This document shows positions 1-10,170 of a DNA stretch of 64,000 nt, piece after piece. This stretch comes from Pseudomonadota bacterium (GTDB lineage: Bacteria > Desulfobacterota > Desulfobacteria > Desulfobacterales > JBDRRP01). Both the position numbers and the translations under genes were made by a program. The stretch covers positions 69,231 to 133,230 of the forward strand of contig JBDRRP010000022.1 of assembly GCA_043825735.1 (NCBI GenBank). Direction: 5' to 3'. The notes under the pieces were generated by a model. That model saw only the letters and a program-made list of their open reading frames with translations. It did not search any database and was not told the origin of the DNA. The stretch's first letter is position 1, and the number at the start of each line of letters is the position of its first letter.

Positions 1-2125
1 GTGGTGATGGCTGCATCTTGGTGTGGATCTTGATTTCTTTCCGGGTTCTTCCAAACATGGTCGCGCTGCCCAGCAACAGTTCGTTGACATCGATGGGCGT
101 TACCTCGTATTTGCCGCCACGGGCAAAACCCAAAAGCTGCCGCGTCAGTTCGGCCGCGCTTCGGATGTACTCCTCGATGGCATTGATGTGCTCCAGATGC
201 GGGTGGGAAGCATCCAGGTCCACCGACATCAATGACGACCGGCCCTGAATGCCCATGAGCAGGTTGTTGAAATCGTGGGCGATACCACCGGCCAGCGTGC
301 CGATCGCCTCAAATTTCTGAGTCTGCTGGAGCTGCCGTTCCATTTTGGATTTCTCGGTGATGTCCTCGTAGATTACGAACTGGTCGCCGTTTTCCATCGT
401 GACCGGCCGAAAATGGATTTCCTTTTTTGATCCGTCGCCGCAGGTCACCGTAAATATCCGCGGCCGCGCCTGCCCGATCCCGGCCTGTTTCCGATCGTCG
501 ACCCAGGTACTGATGACCGCCTGCCGGTAGTCAGCATCCGGGAAGGCCTTGTTGAACCAATCGGCACCGGTGGGCGTATCCTCGAGGGTGTAGCCGAAAA
601 CGGCCGAGAACTGTGGATTGAAATATTTGTAGCGACCATCGTGTGAGATCAACGATATCCCCAGCGGGCTCTTTTCAACGAGTGTACGGAACCGCTCCTC
701 GCTTTCATGCTGCGCCGCCTCAGCCCGTTTTCGCTCGGTGATGTCGCGGCCCACGCCCACGATGGCAACGAGGGCGTTGTCATCGTCCAAAATGGCGGTA
801 TCCTGCCATCCCAACCACCGCCAGCCGTCCTTGGTCATGGCTCGCTGCTCCATGTAGGCTGAATACGGCGGCTGAAACAGCCTCGCCATTTCCCGTGCCG
901 TCGATTCACGATCGTCTTCATGCACCAACGGCATGAAGTTTCGATGAAGGAGTTCCCCTTCGCGCTTTCCGAACAGTTCACAGTAGGATGGGCTGACAAA
1001 CAGGAAGCGCCCCTCCATATCGACTTTGACAACAAGATCCGTCTGGTTTTCAACAATCAGACGATACTTCTCCTCGCTTTCCCGTAGCGCGTTCTTTGCC
1101 TGATTGCGCTCGTCGATTTCATTTTTCAATTGCACATTGATGTTTTCGAGCGTCAACGTCCGCAGGGCGATCTGCCGCTTCAGGCTTCGGTTCCAGATAA
1201 GAATCGCTGTAATGACGATCAGGGCAAGGACCGCTGCGCCGCCGGAGATGATCCAGAATTGGCGGCTTTTGTAAAAAGGGACGTACCCCAGAGAGATCCA
1301 CTTTCTGTATATGGCCTCCCTTTCGGTCTGAGTGATGAGCTCAAGCCCTTTATCGAGTATCCGGTGCAGGATCGGCAGATCCTTTCTGGAAGCAAAAGCG
1401 AGCGCGTTCACATACTCGGTGTTTCCTGCAACGCGAAGGTTAGTGATCCCCATTTTCTCGATGATATATGAGGCGGCTGCGAGATTGACAACCGATGCGT
1501 CGACGCTTTTTGTGGAGGTTTCGAGCAGACAGCGAAGATCGCCGTCCAGCGGCACGAGCTGAAGGTATCCGTAATTGTTTTTGATATGCTCATGAATCGC
1601 AAAGTCCTTGGTGACCGCGATTTTCATCCCACGCATGTCTTCCAGGGAGAGGGGCCCTTTGATATCTTTCCGGACAATGATGACATTGGAAATCTTTATA
1701 TAGGGTCTCGTAAATAGAGCATATTCAGCGCGTTTAGGGTTCTCCTGAAGGTTGTTGTTCACGTCTATTTCGCCGTTGCGAAATCTTTCCATGAAGTTTT
1801 GCCAGCTGTCCGGCTTGTCCATTTTGAACGTGAAGTTGAGTTTTTGCTCGATCAGTCGCTGGTAGTCCATGACAATCCCGAACGGGTTGCCGGCGGCATC
1901 CGTATCGATAATCGGTGGCCAGCCGGATTCATTGTTGACGACAATTTTGCCGTCATGCTGCTTGAGCCATTGTCTTTCCTCAGGCGTCAACGGATCGGCT
2001 GCACCCCACGCGGCCGGCGTGATTGCCGCAACATTGACATGAGCGACGATCACCAGAACGGCCAGCGCGATTGCGCGAACAAGCGTTGCGCCGGTGTTGA
2101 AGTGTGAATTGCAGCCGGTTGGCAT
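1..2125 (-). CDS. Sensor histidine kinase, partial (3' end lies beyond window start): periplasmic solute-binding-like domain, TM, two PAS-like segments, HisKA H-box
   Basis: Missing from the ORF track because it has no stop inside the window. My minus-strand translation starts at the ATG at 2125-2123: [27 protein letters not shown]... It continues through a periplasmic SBP-like region, a TM ([22 protein letters not shown]) and coiled/PAS segments ([36 protein letters not shown]). The H-box is [19 protein letters not shown]. The frame stays open to position 1. Confidence 0.85.
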   Translation of the reverse strand, partial: MPTGCNSHFNTGATLVRAIALAVLVIVAHVNVAAITPAAWGAADPLTPEERQWLKQHDGKIVVNNESGWPPIIDTDAAGNPFGIVMDYQRLIEQKLNFTFKMDKPDSWQNFMERFRNGEIDVNNNLQENPKRAEYALFTRPYIKISNVIIVRKDIKGPLSLEDMRGMKIAVTKDFAIHEHIKNNYGYLQLVPLDGDLRCLLETSTKSVDASVVNLAAASYIIEKMGITNLRVAGNTEYVNALAFASRKDLPILHRILDKGLELITQTEREAIYRKWISLGYVPFYKSRQFWIISGGAAVLALIVITAILIWNRSLKRQIALRTLTLENINVQLKNEIDERNQAKNALRESEEKYRLIVENQTDLVVKVDMEGRFLFVSPSYCELFGKREGELLHRNFMPLVHEDDRESTAREMARLFQPPYSAYMEQRAMTKDGWRWLGWQDTAILDDDNALVAIVGVGRDITERKRAEAAQHESEERFRTLVEKSPLGISLISHDGRYKYFNPQFSAVFGYTLEDTPTGADWFNKAFPDADYRQAVISTWVDDRKQAGIGQARPRIFTVTCGDGSKKEIHFRPVTMENGDQFVIYEDITEKSKMERQLQQTQKFEAIGTLAGGIAHDFNNLLMGIQGRSSLMSVDLDASHPHLEHINAIEEYIRSAAELTRQLLGFARGGKYEVTPIDVNELLLGSATMFGRTRKEIKIHTKMQPSP

Positions 2126-2383
2126 GTTATCCTTAAAGAAGATTGTCACGATGATATCCAACATGGATGAGGTGTGAATAGAATAATGAAGGATATACTC
2201 GAAAAGGAATCAGGCGCAATAGACGATTCAAGGGGAAAAAGAGCGCGAGAATTCACTGACGGGGCCGGGGGTCAACGTCAACCAGGCGTCTCGGGGCACC
2301 GTATCGTCAGTTGCCGCCGATCCAACCTGCCAGGACATCCATGCCCGTGAGTCGGTCCATCATTGGTACCCTCGGGAACCGAC

Positions 2384-4168
2384 CTAAAAAAACCATTCAC
2401 TCATCGCCGGTTCATACGAAACGGTTTCTACCAGCGGATTGGGCTCGGGAAATTCCGGGTGATGACGCGGCCACGAGGTTTCGAATCCGGTGGCGGGAGA
2501 AAGCGCTATGGACTGGCTGGAGTCGGGCTCCCCGGCGGCCTGCCAGGCTGACAGGCGTTGAAGGTTGTCGATGACCACCTGGTGGGGATAGCACGACAGC
2601 GCTTTGTCCAGCCAGACTTCGGCGGCCGGGACATCGCCCTGGGCGGCGGCGATGCAGGCCCGGGCGTTGTGGATCAGGCCCGGAAGACCGTATTTCGCGT
2701 CAGCGGAACGCTTCAGGTGGCGTTCGGCATCGCTGATGTGACCCGCCCGCAGACAGGCGTTGCATTGATCCATGTGGGCCTCGGGCAGATCACCCATTTT
2801 GTCCAGGACCCGGGCGCCGTCTTCGGGAGTCGCCGTCCAGAAATTCTGGACCCCTTCGTAAGGCGCCAGGGCGGCGAGAATACGCGGGGCATCCTCCGGT
2901 TTCCCGGCAAAGCAGGTCAGGTGCATGAAATCACGGTCAAAGAATGTTTCAGGGGATACCGCTCCGCTGCGTCGGAACACCGCGTATTCCGCCGTTCCCG
3001 GGTAGAGGTGAAACTGGGTGAAGACGAACTGACTTGGCCGGGCCCGGGCGATGAAATCGAGGCTTTCGGAAAAGGTCTCGAAGGTTTCGCCCCGGTTGCC
3101 CACCATCATGTAATAACGCACTTGAATGCCGACATCTTTTGCCATCTCGGTCGCAGCCAGAACGGTTTCAGGGACAATGCGTTTTCTAAGGCGGTTCAGG
3201 ATCTTCCGGGAGGCCGATTCGACGCCGATGCTGATTCGGCTGCACCCCGCCCGGCGCATGGCCATGAGCATCTCCGGGTCCAGGCAGTCTGCGCGGGTCT
3301 CGCAGCTCCAGGTAAAGCGCAGATCCCGGCTGCAGATCGCATCGCAGATGGCCATGACCCGCTCCCTGTCGGCCGTGAAGGTGTCGTCCTTGATGGTGAC
3401 GATGGGCTGGCCTTGCTGTCTCACCGTGTGCTCCAACATATCCATTACGTAATCCACCGAGTGAAACCGCAGGCTCCGGCCCCACATCAGGTTGCTGCAG
3501 CAGAAGGTGCACCGGCCGGGACACCCCCGGGAGGTGAGGATGGTGCGCATGGCAAAACAGGACTGGGGCGGCACCAGGGTGTCAAGGTCTTCGATGGGCG
3601 TCCGCTCACGGATGAGCTTGATGTTTTCCCTCTCGCGCCAGGCCGTTCCGGCGATTCCGGTGACCGCATCCCCGGCGGCCAGATGTTCGAGCACTTCCGA
3701 AAAAACCGCCTCCCCCTCTCCCATGACCACGGTGTCGATGGCGTCGTAGTGGACCAGCGTCTCCGCTGGCAGCGCGCTCACGTGCGGGCCGCCAACGATG
3801 ATGTGAGCCCCCGGATGGGCATCCCTGATAAGCCGGGCCGTCATGGCGATGCCCCGCCGGTTGGCCGTGACGCACGACAGGCCGAAGAGATCGGCCTCCT
3901 GATTGCGGATGAACTGGACGACTTTGGTCCAGCAGGCATTGGCCAGGTTGCCGGTGGTGACGGCGTGGCCGGTGTTTTGGGCTTGGGCGGCGATAGAGAG
4001 CAGCCCGTAGGGCGCCTGGAGAAAATCGCCGTCCAGCAGAGGCGCCGGATCACTGCCTGCCGGCGCGCCTTCCCCCGGTGGGTAGGGGGCCTCGCCGGGG
4101 CGGTGAATTTTCCAGGGCGGCGGATAGATGAGAACGATGCGCATGGTCACCGGCTCCAGTCGAAACAC
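2384..4168 (-). CDS. B12-binding-domain radical SAM protein with C-terminal TPR-like region
   Basis: 594-aa ORF. The N-terminus (MRIVLIYPPP...) is typical of B12-binding rSAM proteins. CxxxCxxC motif RGCPGRCTFCCS. C-terminal helical repeats (CNACLRAGHISDAERHLKRS...AAAQGDVPAAEVWLDKALS). The true start is probably the ATG at 4144 (MRIVL), since 4168 is a GTG. Confidence 0.8.
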   Translation of the reverse strand: MFRLEPVTMRIVLIYPPPWKIHRPGEAPYPPGEGAPAGSDPAPLLDGDFLQAPYGLLSIAAQAQNTGHAVTTGNLANACWTKVVQFIRNQEADLFGLSCVTANRRGIAMTARLIRDAHPGAHIIVGGPHVSALPAETLVHYDAIDTVVMGEGEAVFSEVLEHLAAGDAVTGIAGTAWRERENIKLIRERTPIEDLDTLVPPQSCFAMRTILTSRGCPGRCTFCCSNLMWGRSLRFHSVDYVMDMLEHTVRQQGQPIVTIKDDTFTADRERVMAICDAICSRDLRFTWSCETRADCLDPEMLMAMRRAGCSRISIGVESASRKILNRLRKRIVPETVLAATEMAKDVGIQVRYYMMVGNRGETFETFSESLDFIARARPSQFVFTQFHLYPGTAEYAVFRRSGAVSPETFFDRDFMHLTCFAGKPEDAPRILAALAPYEGVQNFWTATPEDGARVLDKMGDLPEAHMDQCNACLRAGHISDAERHLKRSADAKYGLPGLIHNARACIAAAQGDVPAAEVWLDKALSCYPHQVVIDNLQRLSAWQAAGEPDSSQSIALSPATGFETSWPRHHPEFPEPNPLVETVSYEPAMSEWFF

Positions 4169-4524
4169 GAGATAACGTTGGTTTCAATGCCATCGTACAA
4201 ACGGCATTGAGCTTGCGGCTGCGGGTATCGCGGGTTGGGCGCGCTTGCTTGTGGTGAGGGTCCGGTGAGTTCAAGGGGCCCGTGACGGGCCTTCGGTATC
4301 GCTCGAGGGGAGGTCCAGATAAACGGTGGTCAGCCCATGCAGGGGAAACCGTCGACGCAAAACAGTATAGCCCATCTGCCTGGCCGGGACAACCGCGGTT
4401 TGGGTTAATCCATGGTCGTATGGGGGGTCCCGGCGGTGTGCTCGTGTAACCCATGGCATCGAGGAGGCTCTATCGGCATAAGTCCATGAAACCCAAACCT
4501 CTCATCTGCTGCTCAGGAGGAGTG

Positions 4525-5514
4525 ATGTCGGCCAAAATTTCCCGAAGACTGTTTCTCAAAGGATCCCTGCTGGGCGCCGGTGCGGCGGCGCTGCCGGCCG
4601 TCGCTACGGCCCGGGCGAAAGACAGCGTTTCCCGGCAGCCGCTGGCCACGCTGCTGGACATCAGCAAGTGCGTCGGCTGCGGGGCCTGCGTGGAGGCCTG
4701 CCGCGAGTCCAATGCGGACAAATTTCCCGAACCCGTGAAGCCTTTCCCCAAAATGCTCCCCGAGCGTGTCAAGGTGGAGGACTGGTCCGATAACCGCGCG
4801 GTGGACGACCGGTTGACGCCGTATAATTGGCTCACGATCCAGAGCGCCGCGGTGACCATTGGCGGTGAGGCCCGCGAGATCAATATTCCCCGCCGCTGCA
4901 TGCACTGCGTCAATCCGCCGTGCGTGAAACTGTGCCCCTGGGGTGCGGCACGGCAGGAGGCCAATGGGTTGTCCCGGATCGATTCGGATCTGTGCATGGG
5001 CGGCGCCAAGTGCCGCCAGGTGTGCCCCTGGAAGATACCCCAACGCCAGACCGGCGTGGGCCTCTATCTTGATCTCATGCCGTCACTGGCCGGCAACGGG
5101 GTCATGTACAAATGCGACCGCTGCCATGACCGGCTGGCAGAAGGCGAGCTGCCGGCGTGCGTCGAGGCCTGCCCCGAGGGGGTGCAGACCATCGGTCCGC
5201 GCGATGAGATCATCAAAAAAGCCCACGATCTGGCCAAAGAGATGGGCGGGTATATCTATGGTGAAACCGAAAACGGCGGCACCAACACCATCTACGTTTC
5301 TCCGGTGCCGTTCAAGGATCTAAACAAGGCCATCGACAAAGGCCCGGGCCGCCCCCATCTCAAACCAGTGGCAGACGCCATGGCCGATGCCGACAACATG
5401 GCAACGGCCCTGGTGCTGGCCCCGGTGGCCGGTGTGGCCGCTGCCGTAGGGCGCTTTGTTCACAGCATGAAAAACAGCAATGCCGCGACCAAGGAGGACG
5501 AAAATGTCAGCTAA
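4525..5514 (+). CDS. Tat-exported 4Fe-4S ferredoxin-type iron-sulfur subunit (DmsB/PsrB/HybA-like)
   Basis: AGGAGG RBS at 4516-4521, then ATG 4525. Twin-arginine signal SRRLFLKGSLLGAGAAALPAVATA. Several Cys clusters (CVGCGACVEAC, CMHCVNPPCVKLCP, CMGGAKCRQVCP, CDRCHDRLAEGELPACVEACP). Confidence 0.8.
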   Translation: MSAKISRRLFLKGSLLGAGAAALPAVATARAKDSVSRQPLATLLDISKCVGCGACVEACRESNADKFPEPVKPFPKMLPERVKVEDWSDNRAVDDRLTPYNWLTIQSAAVTIGGEAREINIPRRCMHCVNPPCVKLCPWGAARQEANGLSRIDSDLCMGGAKCRQVCPWKIPQRQTGVGLYLDLMPSLAGNGVMYKCDRCHDRLAEGELPACVEACPEGVQTIGPRDEIIKKAHDLAKEMGGYIYGETENGGTNTIYVSPVPFKDLNKAIDKGPGRPHLKPVADAMADADNMATALVLAPVAGVAAAVGRFVHSMKNSNAATKEDENVS

Positions 5515-6004
5515 ATCATTGCCCAGTGGGGTATCGCCCTGGTTCGGGCGCGGGTTCGCGCTGGTGCTATTTTTCTCGGCGCTGACCGGTTTTGCCCAGA
5601 TGCCCATCTTCAAACGCTACTACATCGCCGACATCCCGGGGCTGGGGTGGCTGGCGAACTACACTGCCACGTTTACCCTACACCACGTCAGTGCGGCGCT
5701 GTTTCTGCTGCTCGCGGCCTTTGCCCTGACCGATCATCTGCTTCAGGGCCGGGGCCGCTACCGGCTGACCACGGCCGGGGCCGTCAAAGCAGGGCTGCTG
5801 GCGGCCATTGCCGCCACCGGCGGGCTGCTCGTGCTGCGCAACCTGCCGGGGTACCGCTTTTCACCGAATACGGTCATTGTCATGGACATGGGCCACCTTG
5901 GACTGGTGATGGCCTTTCTGATAACGGCGGCGGTTACGGCGTTGATTGGAAAGCGCACCGTCGAAGCCGGATCGCCGCAGCGCATCGCCGACAGCGACCG
6001 CTGA
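5504..6004 (+). CDS. Small polytopic membrane protein, probable membrane anchor/quinone-interacting partner of the Fe-S subunit
   Basis: AAGGAGG at 5491-5497 precedes ATG 5504, which overlaps the upstream stop (ATGTCAGCTAA). Four hydrophobic helices and conserved His residues (TFTLHHVSAALFLLL, MDMGHLGLVMAF). The function is inferred from gene pairing only. Confidence 0.55.
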   Translation: MSAKSLPSGVSPWFGRGFALVLFFSALTGFAQMPIFKRYYIADIPGLGWLANYTATFTLHHVSAALFLLLAAFALTDHLLQGRGRYRLTTAGAVKAGLLAAIAATGGLLVLRNLPGYRFSPNTVIVMDMGHLGLVMAFLITAAVTALIGKRTVEAGSPQRIADSDR

Positions 6005-6287
6005 TCCACCCCTGCCGTGCCTGAACGACTTGACGGCTGCGGCGGCTTGCCCCGCCGCAGCCGTCGTCGCCGGGCGACCGCGACACCGCGCATACCCCAC
6101 CCGATGGACACCGTGTTTTTTCTCGATCCAGCCTTTGATCCAAGGTCATCTCCCCGCCCGCCATAGGCCTGAAAGAGGATGAAAAGATTGCAATCGTTCA
6201 GTGATTGTGAAAACTATCAGCGCCGCGTTGATTTCAAGATGACTCCGGCGACAACTTGCGTGAACCGGAGACAGGAGTGGATCTGAG

Positions 6288-9200
6288 ATGAAAGCATTTC
6301 TGAAATCGATAGCGCTGCTGTCGTTGTGGATCGTCGCCGGCTGTCAAACGCCGGGGGCTGTCTCCGATCCCGCCGCCAGCCAGCCGATGAGTTTCGAAGA
6401 GGCCCGGGACCTGGTGCTCGAAATGCAGCAGATTCCCATGGCGCCGCCCCCGAGAAAGATGGACGATATCCGCGGCCTGCTTGAAGCCGGCGGGGGGGCC
6501 ACTGCGGTCATGAAAGATCTCCAGCGCAGGGCCGATCTGCCGGATGCCGCCCACCTGCCCGCCGACGCCCGCTACCAGTTTTACAAATCCCGGGGAAACG
6601 CCCGCTACGAGTTCAGCAGATTCAACGAGGCGGCCGAAGATTTTCACCGGGCCATCGACACTGGAAAACAGATTCGGGTTGCCGACTCAGCGCTGTATTT
6701 GCGCCTGGCCGAGCTGGAGATGCTGGCCGGGCGCTATGACGCCGCCATGGACCTGAGCGAAACGGCCATGGGGCTTTTGGGGGGCCGGGGGTTTCGCATC
6801 GGGCCCTACTACGCGTTCCAGGCACGCGTGCATCAGCGCATGGGCAATTTTTTGAGATCCGGTTATGCCATCCAAAGAGCCTACAGCTATTACCGGAAAC
6901 TGCCGGCCAACGTCCGGTTGAGTCTGATCACGGACAGCGGGCAGATGGACATCGGCAACGAACTTGACATCATCGGCGCCGAGGCGGAGCTCATGGAGGC
7001 ACAGGGCGATTATGCCCGGGCCTTCACCCTGCGGGCCCAGGTGCTCAACTACACTGCCAGCCTGCGGGAGAAACGGCCGCGGGCCGCGGTGACCGCCGAG
7101 CTCGCCATGGCGGAAAACCTGCTGCACCAGGGGCGACTCGTTGCCGCGGAAAATGAAGCCCGGTGGGCGGTAAAGCATGCGGTGGGGCTCTTCGGCCGCC
7201 AGTCGCCGGTAGCGGCCGCCGCTGCCCAGACCCTGGGGCAGGTCATGCTGGCCAAGGGGAATCTGGCGGATGCCAGCATTCTTTCGGGCATTCAAGCCAA
7301 TATTCTGGACGCCCTGGCAATGCCCGGAGACGAAGACATCATGATCCGGGCCCGCCTGTTCCGCGGGGCTGTCCGTTGCGCCGGGGCCGACTTTGAGCAG
7401 GCGATGGCCAGCTTCGATCCGGCTCTGGCGGGGATGCGGGATAACGACTACCTGTATCGGCGATACGCCCTGAGAAACATCGATCTGATGTTGAGCCTTG
7501 CTGAAACCGGACGGCGTACCGACGCCTGGCGCCTTATTCAGCAAAGCCGCGCTGAAAGCGGCGTCTTCGGCGGCGACCGATCCCGTCAGACCGCGGAGAT
7601 CACCGCCGTAAAGGCCCTGCTGCTTTTCCGGGAGGGGCGGGCGGCCGAGGCCGGCGCATTGTTCGATGAGGCCGTACCGGAGCTGACGGCGATTCTTCAG
7701 GACCCGGGCAGCACCTTTCAGCAACGCCGGCGCGTGGACTACCTGCTGCGGGTGTATGTGGACCTGCTGCTCGATCGCACTGCCCGGGGCGACGGTGACG
7801 TGGCGGAAACACTGCTTTTCCTGGCCGACATCCAGCACGGCCGGGTGGAGACCGCCCTGGGGCAGAGCGCTGCCAGGGCGGCATCCCTGGCCGACCCGAC
7901 CCTGGCCGACCTGGTGAGGCAGGAGCAGGATACCGGGCTGAAGGTCGCCAGCTTAAAGGCCACTTATTTCAATGCCGTTGCAGCCGGCGGCAGTAATCTG
8001 GCTGAACTCGAAAGGGCGATCCAGGCGCTCACCCGGGCGTGGGAGGCGCTTCAGGCGCGCATCGCGGAAGCGTTTCCAAAGTACGACAATTATGTCCGCG
8101 CACGGCCGCCGTCACTGGCCGACATAAAGGGGGCGCTCGCCGCCTCGGAGGCATTGATCACCATCTGGACCCTGCCGGATAAAACCCTGGTGTGGGCCAT
8201 CCCCCGAAATGGCGCCCCGTCGTTTGCCGTGGTGCCCCTGGGTGCGGCGGATCTGGGCGATAAGGTCCGGCAGCTCCGGCGCGCCCTCAAACCCGACGCC
8301 CGGCGACTCGGCGATCTGCCCGCTTTTGACGTCGAAATCGCGCACGCCCTGTACCGGGATCTCCTGGAACCGGTGGCCCCGGGGTGGCAGGCGGCCGACC
8401 AACTGCTGACCGTGGTCCGCGGCCCCCTGGATCAGATACCACTGGCCCTGCTGGTCACAGGCCCGGTACAGCCCCCGGTTGACACCGGGCTCGCTTTCGA
8501 CGGTTACCGCCGCGTGCCGTGGCTGATCCGCAAAGCCGCGATCACCCGGTTTCCGTCGGCCTCGGCCATGGTGATGTTGCGCGCAATGCCTATGCCGGCC
8601 CGGGGTCGTGAAGCTTTTGCCGGCTTCGGCGATCCGCTGTTCAATCCGGACCAGGTCAAACCGGCAGAGAACGGCGCTGCCGCGCTGGCCCGGCGCGGGG
8701 CCGGCGCCATCGCCATCCGCGGCATTCGCGTGACCGAGGCCGGGGGACTCGACAGTGCCGGGGGCGCTTCGGTGAAGATCGGGCAGCTCAACCGGCTCCC
8801 CGACACCACCGAGGAAATCCTGGAGATTGCCGAAAGCCTGGACGCCGATACTTCGACAGACGTATTTCTGGGCAAGGCGGCGACGGAAACCGCGGTAAAG
8901 ACAACGGATTTGTCGAGAAAACGCATCCTGGCGTTTGCCACGCACGCACTGCTGCCCGGAGATCTCGACGGGCTCACCCAGCCCGCGCTGGCCCTTTCCG
9001 CGCCGGAGGTGACCGATCTGGACGAAGACGGGCTGCTGACGGCCGGTGAGATTCTGACCCTGCGCCTCGATGCCGATCTCGTGGTGCTCAGCGCCTGCGA
9101 CACCGGCGCCGGTGACGGCAGCGGCCAGGAAGCGGTGAGCGGACTGGGCCGGGCGTTTTTCTATTCCGGCGCCCGCGCACTGCTGGTGACCCTGTGGCCG

Positions 9201-9416
9201 GTGGAGACCACTTCGGCCAGAAAGCTCACCACCGGTCTGTTCCGCTACAAGAAACACCATGCCGAAGCCACCTGGGCCAAGGCGCAGCAGGCGTCAATAT
9301 TGGAACTCCTGGATACGGGTGGCATGCAGAACGCCGCCGGCACCACGGTGGCCAGTTACGGGCACCCGCTGTTCTGGGGGCCGTTCGTGGTGGTGGGCGA
9401 TGGCGGAGTGCGCTGA
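6288..9416 (+). CDS. TPR-repeat / CHAT-domain (caspase-like) lipoprotein
   Basis: 1042-aa ORF. Lipobox-type signal MKAFLKSIALLSLWIVAGC. Long TPR-like helical N-terminal two thirds. C-terminal CHAT hallmarks FATHALLPGDLDG (His) and LVVLSACDTGAG (Cys), then FFYSGARALLVTLWPV. Confidence 0.8.
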   Translation: MKAFLKSIALLSLWIVAGCQTPGAVSDPAASQPMSFEEARDLVLEMQQIPMAPPPRKMDDIRGLLEAGGGATAVMKDLQRRADLPDAAHLPADARYQFYKSRGNARYEFSRFNEAAEDFHRAIDTGKQIRVADSALYLRLAELEMLAGRYDAAMDLSETAMGLLGGRGFRIGPYYAFQARVHQRMGNFLRSGYAIQRAYSYYRKLPANVRLSLITDSGQMDIGNELDIIGAEAELMEAQGDYARAFTLRAQVLNYTASLREKRPRAAVTAELAMAENLLHQGRLVAAENEARWAVKHAVGLFGRQSPVAAAAAQTLGQVMLAKGNLADASILSGIQANILDALAMPGDEDIMIRARLFRGAVRCAGADFEQAMASFDPALAGMRDNDYLYRRYALRNIDLMLSLAETGRRTDAWRLIQQSRAESGVFGGDRSRQTAEITAVKALLLFREGRAAEAGALFDEAVPELTAILQDPGSTFQQRRRVDYLLRVYVDLLLDRTARGDGDVAETLLFLADIQHGRVETALGQSAARAASLADPTLADLVRQEQDTGLKVASLKATYFNAVAAGGSNLAELERAIQALTRAWEALQARIAEAFPKYDNYVRARPPSLADIKGALAASEALITIWTLPDKTLVWAIPRNGAPSFAVVPLGAADLGDKVRQLRRALKPDARRLGDLPAFDVEIAHALYRDLLEPVAPGWQAADQLLTVVRGPLDQIPLALLVTGPVQPPVDTGLAFDGYRRVPWLIRKAAITRFPSASAMVMLRAMPMPARGREAFAGFGDPLFNPDQVKPAENGAAALARRGAGAIAIRGIRVTEAGGLDSAGGASVKIGQLNRLPDTTEEILEIAESLDADTSTDVFLGKAATETAVKTTDLSRKRILAFATHALLPGDLDGLTQPALALSAPEVTDLDEDGLLTAGEILTLRLDADLVVLSACDTGAGDGSGQEAVSGLGRAFFYSGARALLVTLWPVETTSARKLTTGLFRYKKHHAEATWAKAQQASILELLDTGGMQNAAGTTVASYGHPLFWGPFVVVGDGGVR

Positions 9417-9546
9417 TGTGGGGGCTTCGTAAAAGCCATAATGAACATGGAGGACACGGAGCGCACGGAGGTTTTCGAATAAATTATGCCGCTTCTCTAT
9501 AAGGCTCCAGTTGAGCGCCAAAGACCGATGTCCCCGATGGCATTGT

Positions 9547-9639
9547 GATCACCACGGAGCCACGGAGAGCACGGAGAAAATCAAAAGAGGCTGATTTTGC
9601 ATATAAAATCTCCGTGTCCTGCGTGGCTCCGTGGTGATC
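9547..9639. repeat. Hairpin repeat, CACGGAG-type module
   Basis: GATCACCACGGAGCCACGGAGAGCACGGAGA ... TCTCCGTGTCCTGCGTGGCTCCGTGGTGATC forms an imperfect inverted repeat. A half copy (GGACACGGAGCGCACGGAGG) lies at about 9451-9475. Confidence 0.85.
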
Positions 9640-9730
9640 AAGCAATCTGGATGGGTAGTGCGGAGCGAATTCCACCATCGCCACGCCTAAAAAATTGTAA
9701 CCTATCGATCCGGGCAGGATCATAAAAATC

Positions 9731-10056
9731 ACACACTCATCGAAGGCGCCGCCCCTATCGGCGCTTTCCCCTCCACCTACGAGCCGCCACGCCCCTGGCG
9801 GCTCGTCCTCTTTTGTCTCGGCGTTTTATAAATCCGTCATACCGAAACCGATTCGGTATCCGGAAAATTTTTCCAGCCGTCATACCGGGCTCGACCCGGT
9901 ATCAAGGGGCGCCTTTAACTGGCCATTCTAAACAACTAAAGACATTGAACCGCGAAGTACGCGAAGGGCGCGAAGTTTGATCGAATCGGGTCGCCGGGAA
10001 AAAGCCCCCGGCTCACGATTCGAACAAAGGGGCATGGCCCTGCGGGCATGTTGAGG
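9731..10056 (+). repeat. Left copy of a long direct repeat bracketing hicAB
   Basis: Aligns by eye with 10814-11100. Shared blocks: GCGCCGCCCCTATCGG, a GAGCCGC..GGCGGCTCGTCC+T-run hairpin, GTCATACCGGGCT(C/T)GACCCGGTATC, GGCCATTCTAAACAACT(A/C)AAGACATTGAACCGCGAAG..., TCGAATCGGGTCGCCGGGAAAAAGCCCCCGGCTCAC(G/A)ATTCGAACAAAGGGG. The left copy has an extra ~45 bp hairpin (ATACCGAAACCGATTCGGTAT). Confidence 0.85.
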
Positions 10057-10135
10057 CCTTCTGTTACCTGTTCGGATTTTGTTAAAAACATTGGCAGGTC
10101 GTCAAATCTCTTTGATCCGATAAAATAGACCATTC

Positions 10136-10164
10136 TTGACGTTGTACACGCATGGGTGTACAGT
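10136..10164 (+). promoter_or_regulatory. Putative hicAB promoter with overlapping palindromic operator
   Basis: TTGACG (10136-10141), 17-nt spacer, TACAGT (10159-10164). The inverted repeat TGTACAC-gcatgg-GTGTACA (10143-10162) spans the spacer and the -10 element. The hicA ATG is at 10171, so the transcript would be nearly leaderless. Confidence 0.4.
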
Positions 10165-10170
10165 CGGCAC

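Noticed and set aside
18-1602. Short + and - strand ORFs listed in the first 2 kb
   Set aside because: The whole region is covered by one long open minus-strand frame encoding a histidine kinase with clear domains. That frame is absent from the track only because its stop lies outside the window.
2558-4210. 550-aa + strand ORF, and similar long ORFs at 6687-7838(-), 8112-9260(-), 24682-25413(-), 34744-35706(-), 39541-40962(+), 48653-49618(+), 50027-50680(+) and 52251-53579(+)
   Set aside because: Each lies antisense to a gene with clear family motifs (rSAM, CHAT, RND, ABC-2, ppdK, M20, and others). Their translations are Arg/Gly/Pro/Ala/His-rich and low in complexity, as expected for shadow frames in high-GC DNA.
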